Origin: Granulicella sp. | GTDB lineage: Bacteria; Acidobacteriota; Terriglobia; Terriglobales; Acidobacteriaceae | Length of the DNA stretch: 32,305 nucleotides | NCBI GenBank assembly: GCA_027339965.1 | Contig: DAHWNL010000056.1 | Span: forward strand, 1 to 32,305 | Direction: 5' to 3' | Shown here: one piece after another, positions 9,508 through 19,100 of the stretch | How the letters are laid out: each line of letters opens with the position of its first letter | Numbering within the stretch: the stretch's first letter is position 1 | Program-made: the position numbers and the translations under genes | The notes under the pieces: generated by a model | What the model was told of the DNA's origin: nothing | What the model saw: only the letters and a program-made list of their open reading frames with translations | Database searches by the model: none

Positions 9508-11163
9508 ATGCGCCTGCTCTGGCGGTTTCCCTGCTCTCTACGCCTTGCCCTGGCTGCGGCCATGACCCTTGCCGGCTTTTCCGCCAACGCTCAGTCCTCC
9601 GGCCATTACAGGATGCTCAATCACGCTGCATGGGCGCGCACGGACAAAGGCAAGGTAGAGGGCTTCTACGAACTCCATCGGACAGTCCGCGCCTTTCTGG
9701 GCATTCCCTACGCGGCTGCGCCCGTGGGCAAGCTGCGCTGGAGACCGCCGCAGCCGCATCGCAAGTGGTACGTCCGCCCCGCCAAGGCCTTCGGCCCCCA
9801 CTGCATTCAGTTCGGCGCCTACCCGGACATGATCTTCCGCGACCCTGGGGCCAGTGAGGACTGCCTGACACTGAACGTCTGGACTCCGAGCGGCGCCAAG
9901 CCCGGAAGCTTGCCGGTGATGGTCTGGATCTACGGTGGCGGCTTTACCGCCGGCGGCACCTCAGAGGCTCGCCAGGATGGGGAGTATCTGGCCCGCCGCG
10001 ATGTTGTGGTGGTGTCCATGAACTATCGGCTGGGAATGCTGGGCTTCCTCGCTTTGCGTTCGCTGGCCGAGGAGGAGCCATATCATGCCGCGGGTGACTA
10101 CGGGCTGCTGGACCAGGCAGCCGCTCTGGCCTGGGTCCGGCATAACATCAGCGCCTTCGGCGGCGACCCGAATAACATCACTTTGTTTGGCGAATCGGCC
10201 GGATCTTTCTCTGTGAGCGCGCAAATGGCCTCGCCCCTCTCCAAGGATCTGTTGGCCCAAGCCATCGGCGAGAGTGGCGCCGCCTTTTTCAGCTCCGGAC
10301 TTCCCTGGGAGCCGTTGCAAAGCCGGGAAATCAGCGACTCCGCCCTGGTAAAGAAAGCTCTGGGCACGGATGACTTGGCCGCGCTGCGCAAGATCTCCGC
10401 CTCAACTCTGGCCAACACGGCCGCCTTCCGCAGCGTCGGCGCCTTCGCTCCGGACATCGACGGCTATTTTCTTCCCGCGAGCCTGCCCAGCCTCTATGCC
10501 GCCGGGGAAGAGGCCCACATCCCGCTGCTGGCCGGCTGGAACGCGGATGAGGTTCGAGGGATGGTCCTGTTTGCTCCCATGGCCACCACTGCGGCCAGCT
10601 TCACCAACACGGCGCGCCGGCAGTTCGGCGCCCAGGCCGACAAGTTTCTCAGCCTCTATCCGGCGCGCAGCGACGCGCAGGCCGTGCAGTCGGCCGGCGA
10701 CTTCGCCGGAGACAGCTTCATCGCCTACTCCACCTGGCACTGGCTGGAGGCCCATGTGGCCACCGGCGAAGCCGCCACCTATCGCTACCGCTTCGACCTG
10801 CCTTCGCCCACGGACAAATTCCACCATCCCGGCTCGGGAGCCTTCCACTCCGACGACATCGAGTACGTCTTTGGCACGTTGGACTCACGCCAGGGAGCCC
10901 ACTGGCGGCCTGAGGATCGCGCACTCTCTGACCTGATCCAGCGGTACTGGACCAACTTTGCCCGCAACGGCAACCCCAACGCCCCTGACCTTCCCGACTG
11001 GCCTACCTATCAGGCCAGCAGCTACTGGCAGGTGATGCACCTCAAAACGGACTCCGAGGCGCAACCGGATGCTCAGCGCCGACGCTACCTCTTCCTGGAC
11101 AGCGAATGGGGCAAGAGCCCTTCGGGCAGCGCGGCCGCCGGGGCTGCAGGCCGAGGGCATTAA
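9508..11163 (+). CDS. Type-B carboxylesterase/lipase (PnbA-like), secreted
   Basis: FLGIPYA, SEDCLTLNVW, VWIYGGGF, NYRLG, FGGDP, catalytic GESAG, GWNADE, FHSDDIEY; signal peptide; GGAGG RBS before ATG 9508. Confidence 0.93.
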   Translation: MRLLWRFPCSLRLALAAAMTLAGFSANAQSSGHYRMLNHAAWARTDKGKVEGFYELHRTVRAFLGIPYAAAPVGKLRWRPPQPHRKWYVRPAKAFGPHCIQFGAYPDMIFRDPGASEDCLTLNVWTPSGAKPGSLPVMVWIYGGGFTAGGTSEARQDGEYLARRDVVVVSMNYRLGMLGFLALRSLAEEEPYHAAGDYGLLDQAAALAWVRHNISAFGGDPNNITLFGESAGSFSVSAQMASPLSKDLLAQAIGESGAAFFSSGLPWEPLQSREISDSALVKKALGTDDLAALRKISASTLANTAAFRSVGAFAPDIDGYFLPASLPSLYAAGEEAHIPLLAGWNADEVRGMVLFAPMATTAASFTNTARRQFGAQADKFLSLYPARSDAQAVQSAGDFAGDSFIAYSTWHWLEAHVATGEAATYRYRFDLPSPTDKFHHPGSGAFHSDDIEYVFGTLDSRQGAHWRPEDRALSDLIQRYWTNFARNGNPNAPDLPDWPTYQASSYWQVMHLKTDSEAQPDAQRRRYLFLDSEWGKSPSGSAAAGAAGRGH

Positions 11164-11275
11164 AGCAGTTTCAGCGGAGGTGTACCCAATGCCTCGACTT
11201 CTATGGGCGTTTTCCCCAATGAAAACGCCACTGTAAGCCCTCTTCGGGACACCCATCAACACTGAAAATGCTATA
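11161..11275 (+). mobile_element. 115-bp palindromic MITE-like repeat, copy 1
   Basis: Ends TAAAGCAGTTTCAGCG ... CACTGAAAATGCTATA (13/16 inverted match); central hairpin GGCGTTTTC-cccaat-GAAAACGCC; near-identical to copies 2-4. Confidence 0.85.
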
Positions 11276-11475
11276 AACCGGCCGGCAAGGCGATGGAGGG
11301 GCGCAGACCAGGCGGAGGCGAAGGACGCGATCTGCGCCGGTTCGGCTTTGGCTCCAAAGTCCGGCAGTGTGCTCGGAGAGAATGTCTGGGCAGCAAGATC
11401 CCATGGGGTTCGTGCGTGCCTTGGCTGTCGGTCCGCGGCATCTGGCTCGCCGCTGCGGCGCTGCTCCACGAGCTT

Positions 11476-12348
11476 CTATCCGGCAGAGAGCGAGCGCAAG
11501 GCCATGACGTTGCGCAGTTCATCGCCAGGCTCCTCGACCGGGGTCTCTGCGATAAAAGCCGCGTGCTCAAAGCGAATGTCGTGCAACAGCCGCTGGAACG
11601 CCGCAGGCCCGATGGTTCCTTCGCCGATATGCTCGTGGCGGTCCAGCTTTGAACCCATGGCTGCCTTGGCGTCGTTGCAGTGCCAGACCTTGACCGCCTC
11701 AAAGCTCACCGTCTGGCCCAGATGACGCATGGTCTCCTCATACCCCTCGGAAGAGACGATGTCATAGCCCGCCACATGGATGTGGCAGGTGTCCAGGCAG
11801 GCCGCTACCGGCGCATGCGGCCGCAGCGCGGCCACCAACTCCGCCACCTGCTCCAGACTTCCGCCCAGGGAGAACTCGGCTCCGGCGGTGTTCTCAATGA
11901 GGATGTGGAAGTTGTGGTCTTGCCAGCGCCATCCCCCTCCCAGAGTGCCGATGGCCCGCTCGATTCCCTCTTTGACCAGCCGCAACCCCTGCTCGCGGGT
12001 AAGCCCCTTCCAACTGCCCGGATGCAGGATGAGGAACTCGGCGCCGATCGCCAGCGTCCGCTCCACCTCGGCACGAAAGGCCGCCACCGAGTTCTCCCGC
12101 ACGCTCTCGGTCTGGGAGCAGAGATTGATAAGATAGCTGGCGTGAACCGCCGCAGGATTGACGTCCAGCTCGGCGCGCAACTGACGCATCTTCGCCACGT
12201 CTTCCGGCTTCACCACGGATGGCTTCCACTGGCGGGGGCTGGAAGTAAAGATCTGAAAGGTGTTGGCTCCCGCATCGACGGCCCGCTGCACCGCCGTAAA
12301 GATTCCGCCACCGGTTCCCACATGCACGCCAATTCGCGTCTTTGCCAT
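11476..12348 (-). CDS. nfo: Endonuclease IV (AP endonuclease)
   Basis: IGVH, FQIFTSSPRQW, HASYLINL, HPGS, IENTAG, CLDTCH, HCND, DRHEHIG.G.IG, ETP. Start at MAKTRIG (12348). Confidence 0.95.
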   Translation of the reverse strand: MAKTRIGVHVGTGGGIFTAVQRAVDAGANTFQIFTSSPRQWKPSVVKPEDVAKMRQLRAELDVNPAAVHASYLINLCSQTESVRENSVAAFRAEVERTLAIGAEFLILHPGSWKGLTREQGLRLVKEGIERAIGTLGGGWRWQDHNFHILIENTAGAEFSLGGSLEQVAELVAALRPHAPVAACLDTCHIHVAGYDIVSSEGYEETMRHLGQTVSFEAVKVWHCNDAKAAMGSKLDRHEHIGEGTIGPAAFQRLLHDIRFEHAAFIAETPVEEPGDELRNVMALRSLSAG

Positions 12349-12354
12349 CCGTTC

Positions 12355-12360
12355 AGAGTA
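12355..12360 (-). promoter_or_regulatory. -10 element for a probable leaderless nfo transcript
   Basis: Minus strand reads TACTCT-GAACGG-ATG (6-nt spacer); no SD. Confidence 0.5.
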
Positions 12361-12444
12361 TCGCAGCAGCCGCTCGCATGAATGATGCCTTTTCCGGGAA
12401 TCTACCATCGGGTAGGTTTATGATGGTTTGTGGAACGGTGCCTC

Positions 12445-12840
12445 ATGAAGGGCAGCAGAAATTTCGTGGTGTGGATGCTTCTGGTTGCGTTGCTTTGCGG
12501 CGCGCTGCCTGCCTCCGCCTGCAGCCTGCTGTCGGCACGCACTCCGGGAATGCCGCCATGCTGCCGCCACATGGTGCCGGGCTGCTCCATGGGCACCCTG
12601 GTCACCAGCAAGCCGAGTCGTCAGAGCGGCCCGATAGCCTCCTGCTGCCAGATGAATCGCGACGATACCGCCATCGCCGTTCCCAGATCGTCATTCCTGC
12701 CTGAACACGCACAAACACCCCCCCTGCTTCATGGCGCTCCTGCGGAGTCTCCCGGAAACGCTGCCGACCTCCGCCTGAGGGCCCGGGCGTATCTTCCTCC
12801 CGGCATTCCGCCCGGTGGGGGCTTCATTCTTCGCATCTAG
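12445..12840 (+). CDS. Small Cys/Met-rich exported protein at the head of the cus operon
   Basis: Hydrophobic N-terminus, MPPCCRHMVPGCSM and SCCQM, Pro-rich C-terminus ending PPGIPPGGGFILRI; TATGAT -10-like hexamer at 12419-12424. Confidence 0.7.
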   Translation: MKGSRNFVVWMLLVALLCGALPASACSLLSARTPGMPPCCRHMVPGCSMGTLVTSKPSRQSGPIASCCQMNRDDTAIAVPRSSFLPEHAQTPPLLHGAPAESPGNAADLRLRARAYLPPGIPPGGGFILRI

Positions 12841-12930
12841 AACCTCTTCCATAGCAGATGAAACCCGGGCTCCCGCCTGGGCGTCCGCACGCGCCCTCAC
12901 AAGCATTGCGGTGCCTCCATGCGCCGCCGC

Positions 12931-13045
12931 TAAAGCAGTTTCAGCGCAGGTGTACCCAATGCCTCGACTTCTATGGGCGTTTTCCCCAATGAAAGCGCCA
13001 CTCTAAGCCCTCTTCGGGACACCTATCAACACTGAAAATGCGATA
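12931..13045 (+). mobile_element. 115-bp palindromic MITE-like repeat, copy 2
   Basis: 5 differences from copy 1 by manual alignment; flanks cTA...TAg. Confidence 0.85.
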
Positions 13046-13087
13046 GGCGCGTCCGGCTCTTTCGCCGCGTACCCACTGGAGGAAGCG

Positions 13088-14470
13088 ATGAAGTGTCTGA
13101 TCGCTGCATGGTTCATTGCAGCTTTATCTACCTGGCCTGCCTTTGCGCAGCCACCCGGCGACAACGATCCCCTGGCCGCCTTTGTGACGTTGTTCAACCT
13201 GTCGCCAACCTCGACGCAACCGAACTCGGCTCCTGCGCTTACGCTCCAACAGGCTGAGCAGATCGCGCTGGCCCGAAATCCAGAGATCCAGGTCGCCGCC
13301 CGGCGCGTCGCCACCATCCAGGCGCATCTTCCCGCCTCCGGTGCGCTCGACGATCCCTCTGCCATGTATAGCGGTTGGGGTGTGCCGTTGGCCCAGCCCT
13401 GGAACTACAACGACGCGCAAAACATGTTCACCGTCAGCCAGGCGCTTCCCGGCGTGGGCAAACGCGCTCTGCGCACCAGCGTGGCGCAGTCGGAGGTGGA
13501 CGTGGCCAGGGCACAACTGGACGAGGTCCGCCTCGCAGTCCGGGTGCAGGTGCACAAGGCGTTTGACGATCTGCTGCTGGCCCAGGAAGAGATGCGGATT
13601 CACGATGAGCACATGCGCATCGCGCGCCAGTCGATCCAGGCGGCGCGCATCCGGTACTCGGTTGGCGCTGTCTCTCAGCAGGACATCCTCAAGGCAGAGG
13701 TGGCGCTCACCGAACTGAGCGAGCACATGATCCGATTTGATCGCGACGCGGAAACCGCGCGTGCCCGCCTGAACACCCTGCTAGGACGCGATCCCGAGGC
13801 CCCGCTGACCGCAGGCGGCCAGTATGCGGTTCTGGCCACACTGCCCTCGGCGCAGACTCTGGAGGATCTTGCGCTCTCCTCGCGGCCTGACCTGGTGGCA
13901 GCACAGGCGGCTGCGGAGAGCAGCCACAAACAGCAGTTGCTGGCGAAGAAAGCCTACACTCCCGACTTCGTGGTGACCGCCGGATACATGCTGCAGCCCT
14001 ACGGTTACAACATGCGCAACAGCTACCTGGTGGAAGGCTCGATGAACCTTCCCTGGCTGAATCACCGCAAACACGACGCCGAGATCGCCACGGCCACAGC
14101 GCAGGCCACGGCGCAGGACGCCGAACTGGCCAATCTCCGCAACCAGGCGCGCGGCACAATCGCCGAGCAACTGGCCGAGGCGCAGGCGGAGCAGCGCTTC
14201 GCCAGCCTGTATCACGACCGGCTTCTGCCCCAGGCTGAGGCCACCCTGCAATCCAGCGTGATCGCCTACGAGAACAGCAAGACAGACTTTCTCAATCTGC
14301 TGGACAGCCAGATGACCGTCATCAACGCCGATCTCGCCTGGGTTCAGGCAGCCGAGGAGTTCGATGCGCGCCTCGCCGACCTCGAAATGGCCACCGGAGC
14401 GACCATCGACCAGCTTCAGCAGCTCACGCCCACCCCGTCTCAGCCACTCACACCGGAGGTGAAACCGTGA
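13088..14470 (+). CDS. TolC-family outer-membrane efflux protein (CusC/CzcC-like)
   Basis: Signal peptide; LTLQQAEQIALARNPEI; two OEP-like repeats (RIRYSVGAVSQQD, AYENSKTDFLNLLD); GGAGG RBS; GTGA overlap with the next gene. Confidence 0.9.
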   Translation: MKCLIAAWFIAALSTWPAFAQPPGDNDPLAAFVTLFNLSPTSTQPNSAPALTLQQAEQIALARNPEIQVAARRVATIQAHLPASGALDDPSAMYSGWGVPLAQPWNYNDAQNMFTVSQALPGVGKRALRTSVAQSEVDVARAQLDEVRLAVRVQVHKAFDDLLLAQEEMRIHDEHMRIARQSIQAARIRYSVGAVSQQDILKAEVALTELSEHMIRFDRDAETARARLNTLLGRDPEAPLTAGGQYAVLATLPSAQTLEDLALSSRPDLVAAQAAAESSHKQQLLAKKAYTPDFVVTAGYMLQPYGYNMRNSYLVEGSMNLPWLNHRKHDAEIATATAQATAQDAELANLRNQARGTIAEQLAEAQAEQRFASLYHDRLLPQAEATLQSSVIAYENSKTDFLNLLDSQMTVINADLAWVQAAEEFDARLADLEMATGATIDQLQQLTPTPSQPLTPEVKP

Positions 14471-16113
14471 AGACACGCACCTATCAGCTTGCCCTGGCAG
14501 CCGCCGTCTCAGCTTGCATTCTGCTCGGCGGAGCTCTTGTCCTGGTGCTGCGCCAGCATCCCTCATGGCCCCTGCCCTGGACCTCATCTCCAACCTCCGT
14601 GGAAGATCCGGTGATCGCGCGAGGTCCGCAGCCATCCGCCCAGACCGCGCCCTCGCGCTCCACCATGACAGCATCCCCACTGGCTCCGGAGCCACTTGCA
14701 TCTGGGTTCCAGATTTCGCCGCAGCGTCTGCAGGAGATCGGAGTGACCACCGCGCCCGTCACCTTCACCGACCTGAAGGACGAGTTGGATGTCCCCGGCA
14801 ATGTCGACGTGGATGAAGAGAAGCTGGCCTATGTGCAGACCCGCTTCTCGGGATGGATTCAGAATGTCTACGCCGACGCGACCTACCAGTATGTGCGCAA
14901 GGGACAGCCGCTCTTCACCATCTACAGCCCGGACCTGGTCAGCAGCGAAGAGGAGTTTCTTCTGGCGCGGCAGAATCAGAAGACCTTCGCACCGGAGAAG
15001 CAGCCCGCGGCCGGCAAGCCCACCGGAACGGACGGCATGGCGACGTCGGAGGGAGACTGGCTGCTGCAGGCCGCTGCCGAGCGGCTGCGGCAGTTCGGCG
15101 TTCCGCCCCAGGCCATCACGGATCTGGAACAGAGCGGCAAGGTACAGCGCAACATGACGATCGATTCTCCAGCCTCCGGTTATATCACCGATCGGGAGGC
15201 TCTACCCAACGCCTACGCGCAGCCGCAGTCCCGGCTCTATACCATCGCCGATCTCTCCACCGTCTGGGTCTACGCCAACGTCTCTCAGGATGAGGTCAGC
15301 CGTCTGCGACCCGGTGACCCGGGCCAGGTGACCGTGGATGCGTATCCTGGCCGAACCTTCCGCGGCCATCTCGACCAGATCCTTCCCCAGGTGGACCCCG
15401 CCACTCGCACCGTTCGCGTGCGCATGATCTTCTCCAATCCCGGCGTCGTGCTGAAGCCGGGCATGTACGTCAACGTCAGGATTGGTGTCTCCCTCGGCCG
15501 GCAGTTGGTAGTACCCGCCTCCGCCATCCTGCAGACGGGAGAGAGGTCGATCGCCTTTGTCGATCTTGGACAGGGCTACCTTGAGCCGCGCGTCGTTCAG
15601 ACCGGCCCACAGGTCAACGACTCTGTGGTGGTCCTCAGCGGCCTCAAGAACGGCGAACGGGTCGTCAGTTCGGCCAACTTTTTAGTGGACTCAGAGGCAC
15701 AGCTTCAGGCCCTCGCAGGTTTTTCACCCCCGCCGCCAGCGCCGTCCACCGCCGCTGGTCCGGCTTCGGCTGCACAGGTGCAGATCGACCTCACGACCCA
15801 ACCCTCCCCGATGCGCACGGGCACAGACGCTCTGCGCGTCAAGCTCACGGCTCCCAATGGCAAGCCGCTGTCCGGGCCAGAGGCGGAAGGGCTCACCGTC
15901 ACCGCCGCCTTGTTCCTTCCCGCCATGCCGGAGATGGGGATGGCGGCACAGCATCTCTCCGTCGCGCTCCAGAAAGGAGCCGACGGCCTCTACCAGGGAA
16001 CGGTGCAACTGCCGTCGGGCGGCGCCTGGCAGGCCGCCGTCGAGGCTCAACGTGGCGGCCGCACCCTCGCTACCCGGCAACTCCGCCTCGACGTCACGGG
16101 GGGCATGGAATGA
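14467..16113 (+). CDS. cusB: RND periplasmic adaptor (CusB-like) with C-terminal YtkA-like domain
   Basis: N-terminal TM; VRKGQPLFTIYSPDL, IADLSTVWV, TRTVRVR, LKPGMY, SANFLVDSE; after a Pro/Ala linker an Ig-like tail with PAMPEMGM and GLYQG..GAW. Confidence 0.88.
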   Translation: MKTRTYQLALAAAVSACILLGGALVLVLRQHPSWPLPWTSSPTSVEDPVIARGPQPSAQTAPSRSTMTASPLAPEPLASGFQISPQRLQEIGVTTAPVTFTDLKDELDVPGNVDVDEEKLAYVQTRFSGWIQNVYADATYQYVRKGQPLFTIYSPDLVSSEEEFLLARQNQKTFAPEKQPAAGKPTGTDGMATSEGDWLLQAAAERLRQFGVPPQAITDLEQSGKVQRNMTIDSPASGYITDREALPNAYAQPQSRLYTIADLSTVWVYANVSQDEVSRLRPGDPGQVTVDAYPGRTFRGHLDQILPQVDPATRTVRVRMIFSNPGVVLKPGMYVNVRIGVSLGRQLVVPASAILQTGERSIAFVDLGQGYLEPRVVQTGPQVNDSVVVLSGLKNGERVVSSANFLVDSEAQLQALAGFSPPPPAPSTAAGPASAAQVQIDLTTQPSPMRTGTDALRVKLTAPNGKPLSGPEAEGLTVTAALFLPAMPEMGMAAQHLSVALQKGADGLYQGTVQLPSGGAWQAAVEAQRGGRTLATRQLRLDVTGGME

Positions 16114-19100
16114 TCTCGAAGATCATCGCCTGGTGCGCGCGCAATCCCTTCCTGGTCTTCTCCGGCTCCATCTTCCTGGTGATCGCAGGACTTTGGTGTT
16201 ACCAGCACATCCCCCTGGATGCGCTGCCCGACATCAGTGACGTGCAGGTCATCATTCACACCTCATGGGCGGGCCAACCACCCAATGTGATTGAAGATCA
16301 GGTCACCTACCCCATCGTTACCGCGCTGCTCTCAGCTCCCAACGTCAACAGCGTACGGGCGCAGACCATGTTCGGAGACTCCTACGTCTTCGTCGTCTTC
16401 AAGGATGGAACCGATCTCTACTGGGCGCGCTCGCGCGTCCTCGAGTACCTGGAGCAGATTGCGGGCAAGCTCCCCGCCGGGGTGCATCCGGCCATCGGGC
16501 CCGACGCCACCGGAGCCGACTGGGTCTACGAATACGCCATCGTGGATCGCTCCCACACCCGCAGCCTGGCGGATCTGCGCACCCTGCAGGACTGGTATCT
16601 GCGCTACCAGCTCGAGACCGTGCCCGGCGTAGCGGAGGTGGCCGGCATCGGCGGATTCGTGCGCCAGTACCAGGTGAACCTCGATCCCAGGAAGCTCTTC
16701 TCCTACGGCATCTCGGCCGCCACCGTCATCGACCGCGTACGGCAGAGCAGCAATGAAGTTGGCGGAGACGTACTGGAGGCCAACGGGGCCGAGTACATGA
16801 TTCGAGGCCTCGGCTACCTCAGGTCGCTCTCTGACCTGAAGAACGTTCCTGTAGCCACCAGGAACGGCACGCCCGTCCTGGTGAAGGATCTGGGTACGGT
16901 CACCTTCGGTCCAGATGTGCGCCGTGGAGCCGCCGAGTGGCAGGGCGAAGGCGAGACCGTAGGCGGCATCGTCGTCATGCGTTACGGCTTGAACGCGCTT
17001 CATGTCATCCATGCGGTCAAGGCCCGACTGCGTGCGCTTGCCCCTTCGCTTCCCCCCGGCGTCGAGATCGCAACCGCCTACGACCGCTCTGGACTGATCA
17101 ACCAGTCGATCCATACGCTGCGCCGCGATCTGCTGCTGGAAGGCATCATCGTGAGCTTTGTCAGCATCGTCTTTCTCTTTCACTTCCGCTCCGCGCTGGT
17201 GCCCATTCTCACCGTGCCGATCGCCGTTCTGGCGGCATTCATTCCCATGTACTTCCTGCATGTGAGCTCCAACATCATGTCGCTTGGCGGGCTCGCACTG
17301 GCCATCGGCATACTGATTGACGCCAGTATCGTCATCGTCGAAAACGGATACCGCCATCTGGCGGAGCGGGCCGAAGTACCCAACGGCGCGGAGCGGCGCG
17401 CCATCCTGGTGCGGGCGGCGCAGCAGGTAGGTCCGGCCCTATTCTTCTCGCTGATGATCATCGTGGTCTCGTTCCTGCCCGTCTTCCTCCTGGAGGCGCA
17501 GGAGGGCCGCATGTTCCGGCCGCTGGCCTGGACCAAAACGATGGCTCTCATCTGCTCCTCGCTGCTCTCCATCACGCTGGTGCCTGCGCTCATGCCCTTC
17601 TTCCTGCGCGGCAAGCTGCGGCCTGAGGCGAAAAACCCCGTCTCCCGCATCACCCAGGCCATCTATCTTCCGGTGCTGCATTGGTGCCTGCGCCGATGGA
17701 AGCTGGTCGTCGCGCTGAATCTTCTCTTTCTAGGCGCAACCATACCCCTCTACCTTCGCCTCGGCAGCCAGTTCATGCCCGCCTTCTATGAGGGCTCGCT
17801 GCTGTATATGCCCAGCTCGCTGCCCGGCATCTCCATCACCCAGGCGACGGCGCTCATGCAGGAGCAGGATCGCATCCTGCGCTCCTTTCCCGAGGTGGCA
17901 ACCGTCTTCGGCACCGTTGGCCGCTCGGACTCCGCCACCGATAACGCGCCGCTGGATATGTTTGACACTACCATCATGCTCAAGCCGCGCAGCCTGTGGA
18001 GGCCCGGCATCACCTATCAGGGGCTGATCCAGCAGATGGACGCGAAGCTCCAGTTTCCCGGGCTTACCAACAGTTGGACCATGCCCGTCCAGAACCGTCT
18101 GGATATGGAGATGACCGGTATCAAAACTCCTCTCGGCATCAAGATCCAGGGGCCGGATCTCTCCCATATCGAGCAGCTTGGAGCACAGATGCAGCAGATT
18201 CTCTCCGCACTGCCTGAGACCCGCACTGTCTATGCGGAGCGCGTCGCGCAGGGCTTTTACCTCAACATCGATGTCGATCGCCCGCAAGCCGCCCGTTACG
18301 GTCTCACCGTGGCCGACGTGCAGCAGTGGATTACCTCCGAGATTGGTGGCGCGGACATCGGCGAAGACGTCGCGGGCCGCCAACGCTTTCCCATCGCCGT
18401 GCGTTACCTGCGTGACTTTCGAGACGACCCGCAGAGCATCGCGCGAGCGCTGCTTCCTACTCCGACGGGTGCACAGATTCCGCTCAGCGAGGTAGCCCGC
18501 GTCTTCTTCTCGCGCGGTCCCTCCATGATCCGCGACGAGGACGGCCTGCTGACCGGCTACGTCTATCTGAATCTCAAGACCAGTGACTACGGCGGCTACG
18601 TCGAGCGCGCGAACAAGCTCCTGCAGCAGCTCGCGCTGCCCACGGGATACACCTGGCGCTGGGCCGGGGAGTACAAGTTTGAGCAGCGCGCCCGGCAACG
18701 GCTCACCATCATTCTGCCGGTCGTTTTCTTCGTCATCTTTGTCCTCCTTTACCTCATCTTTCACTCTCCCCTGGAAGCTGCCGTGCTTCTTCTACCTACG
18801 CTTTATGCCATGTCCGGCGGACTGCTTCTGCAGTGGATGCTGGGCTACAACTTCAGCGTGGCGGTATGGGTGGGCTACATCGCCCTGTTCGGCATTGCCG
18901 TGGAGACCGGTGTGGTGATGGTGCTGTATCTGGAAGAAGCTTATGAACTCCGGAGGCAGAAGCAGGCGCCGCTGACCGAAGCGGCCCTGCACCAGGCAAT
19001 TGTAGAGGGAGCGGTGCAGCGCCTGCGGCCTAAGCTGATGACGGTCACCGCTGTGATCCTGAGCCTTGCGCCTATCCTCTGGGAGTCCGGCATTGGCTCG

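Noticed and set aside
11226..11237. CGCCACTGTAA in the repeat resembles part of a cobalamin riboswitch
   Set aside because: The other core elements (GGGAA..GGTG, B12 box) are absent and the copies are not consistently upstream of B12-related genes.
10885..11469. Recurrent peptide FSVLMGVPKRAYSGVFIGENAH (whole or partial) in ORFs here and at 13003, 23223 and 30189
   Set aside because: It is the translation of the 115-bp repeat; the frame is stopped in copy 2 and shifted in copy 4, so it is not a protein family.
11161..13045. CRISPR interpretation of the repeats
   Set aside because: Units are 115 bp, kilobases apart and in both orientations, with no spacers or cas genes.
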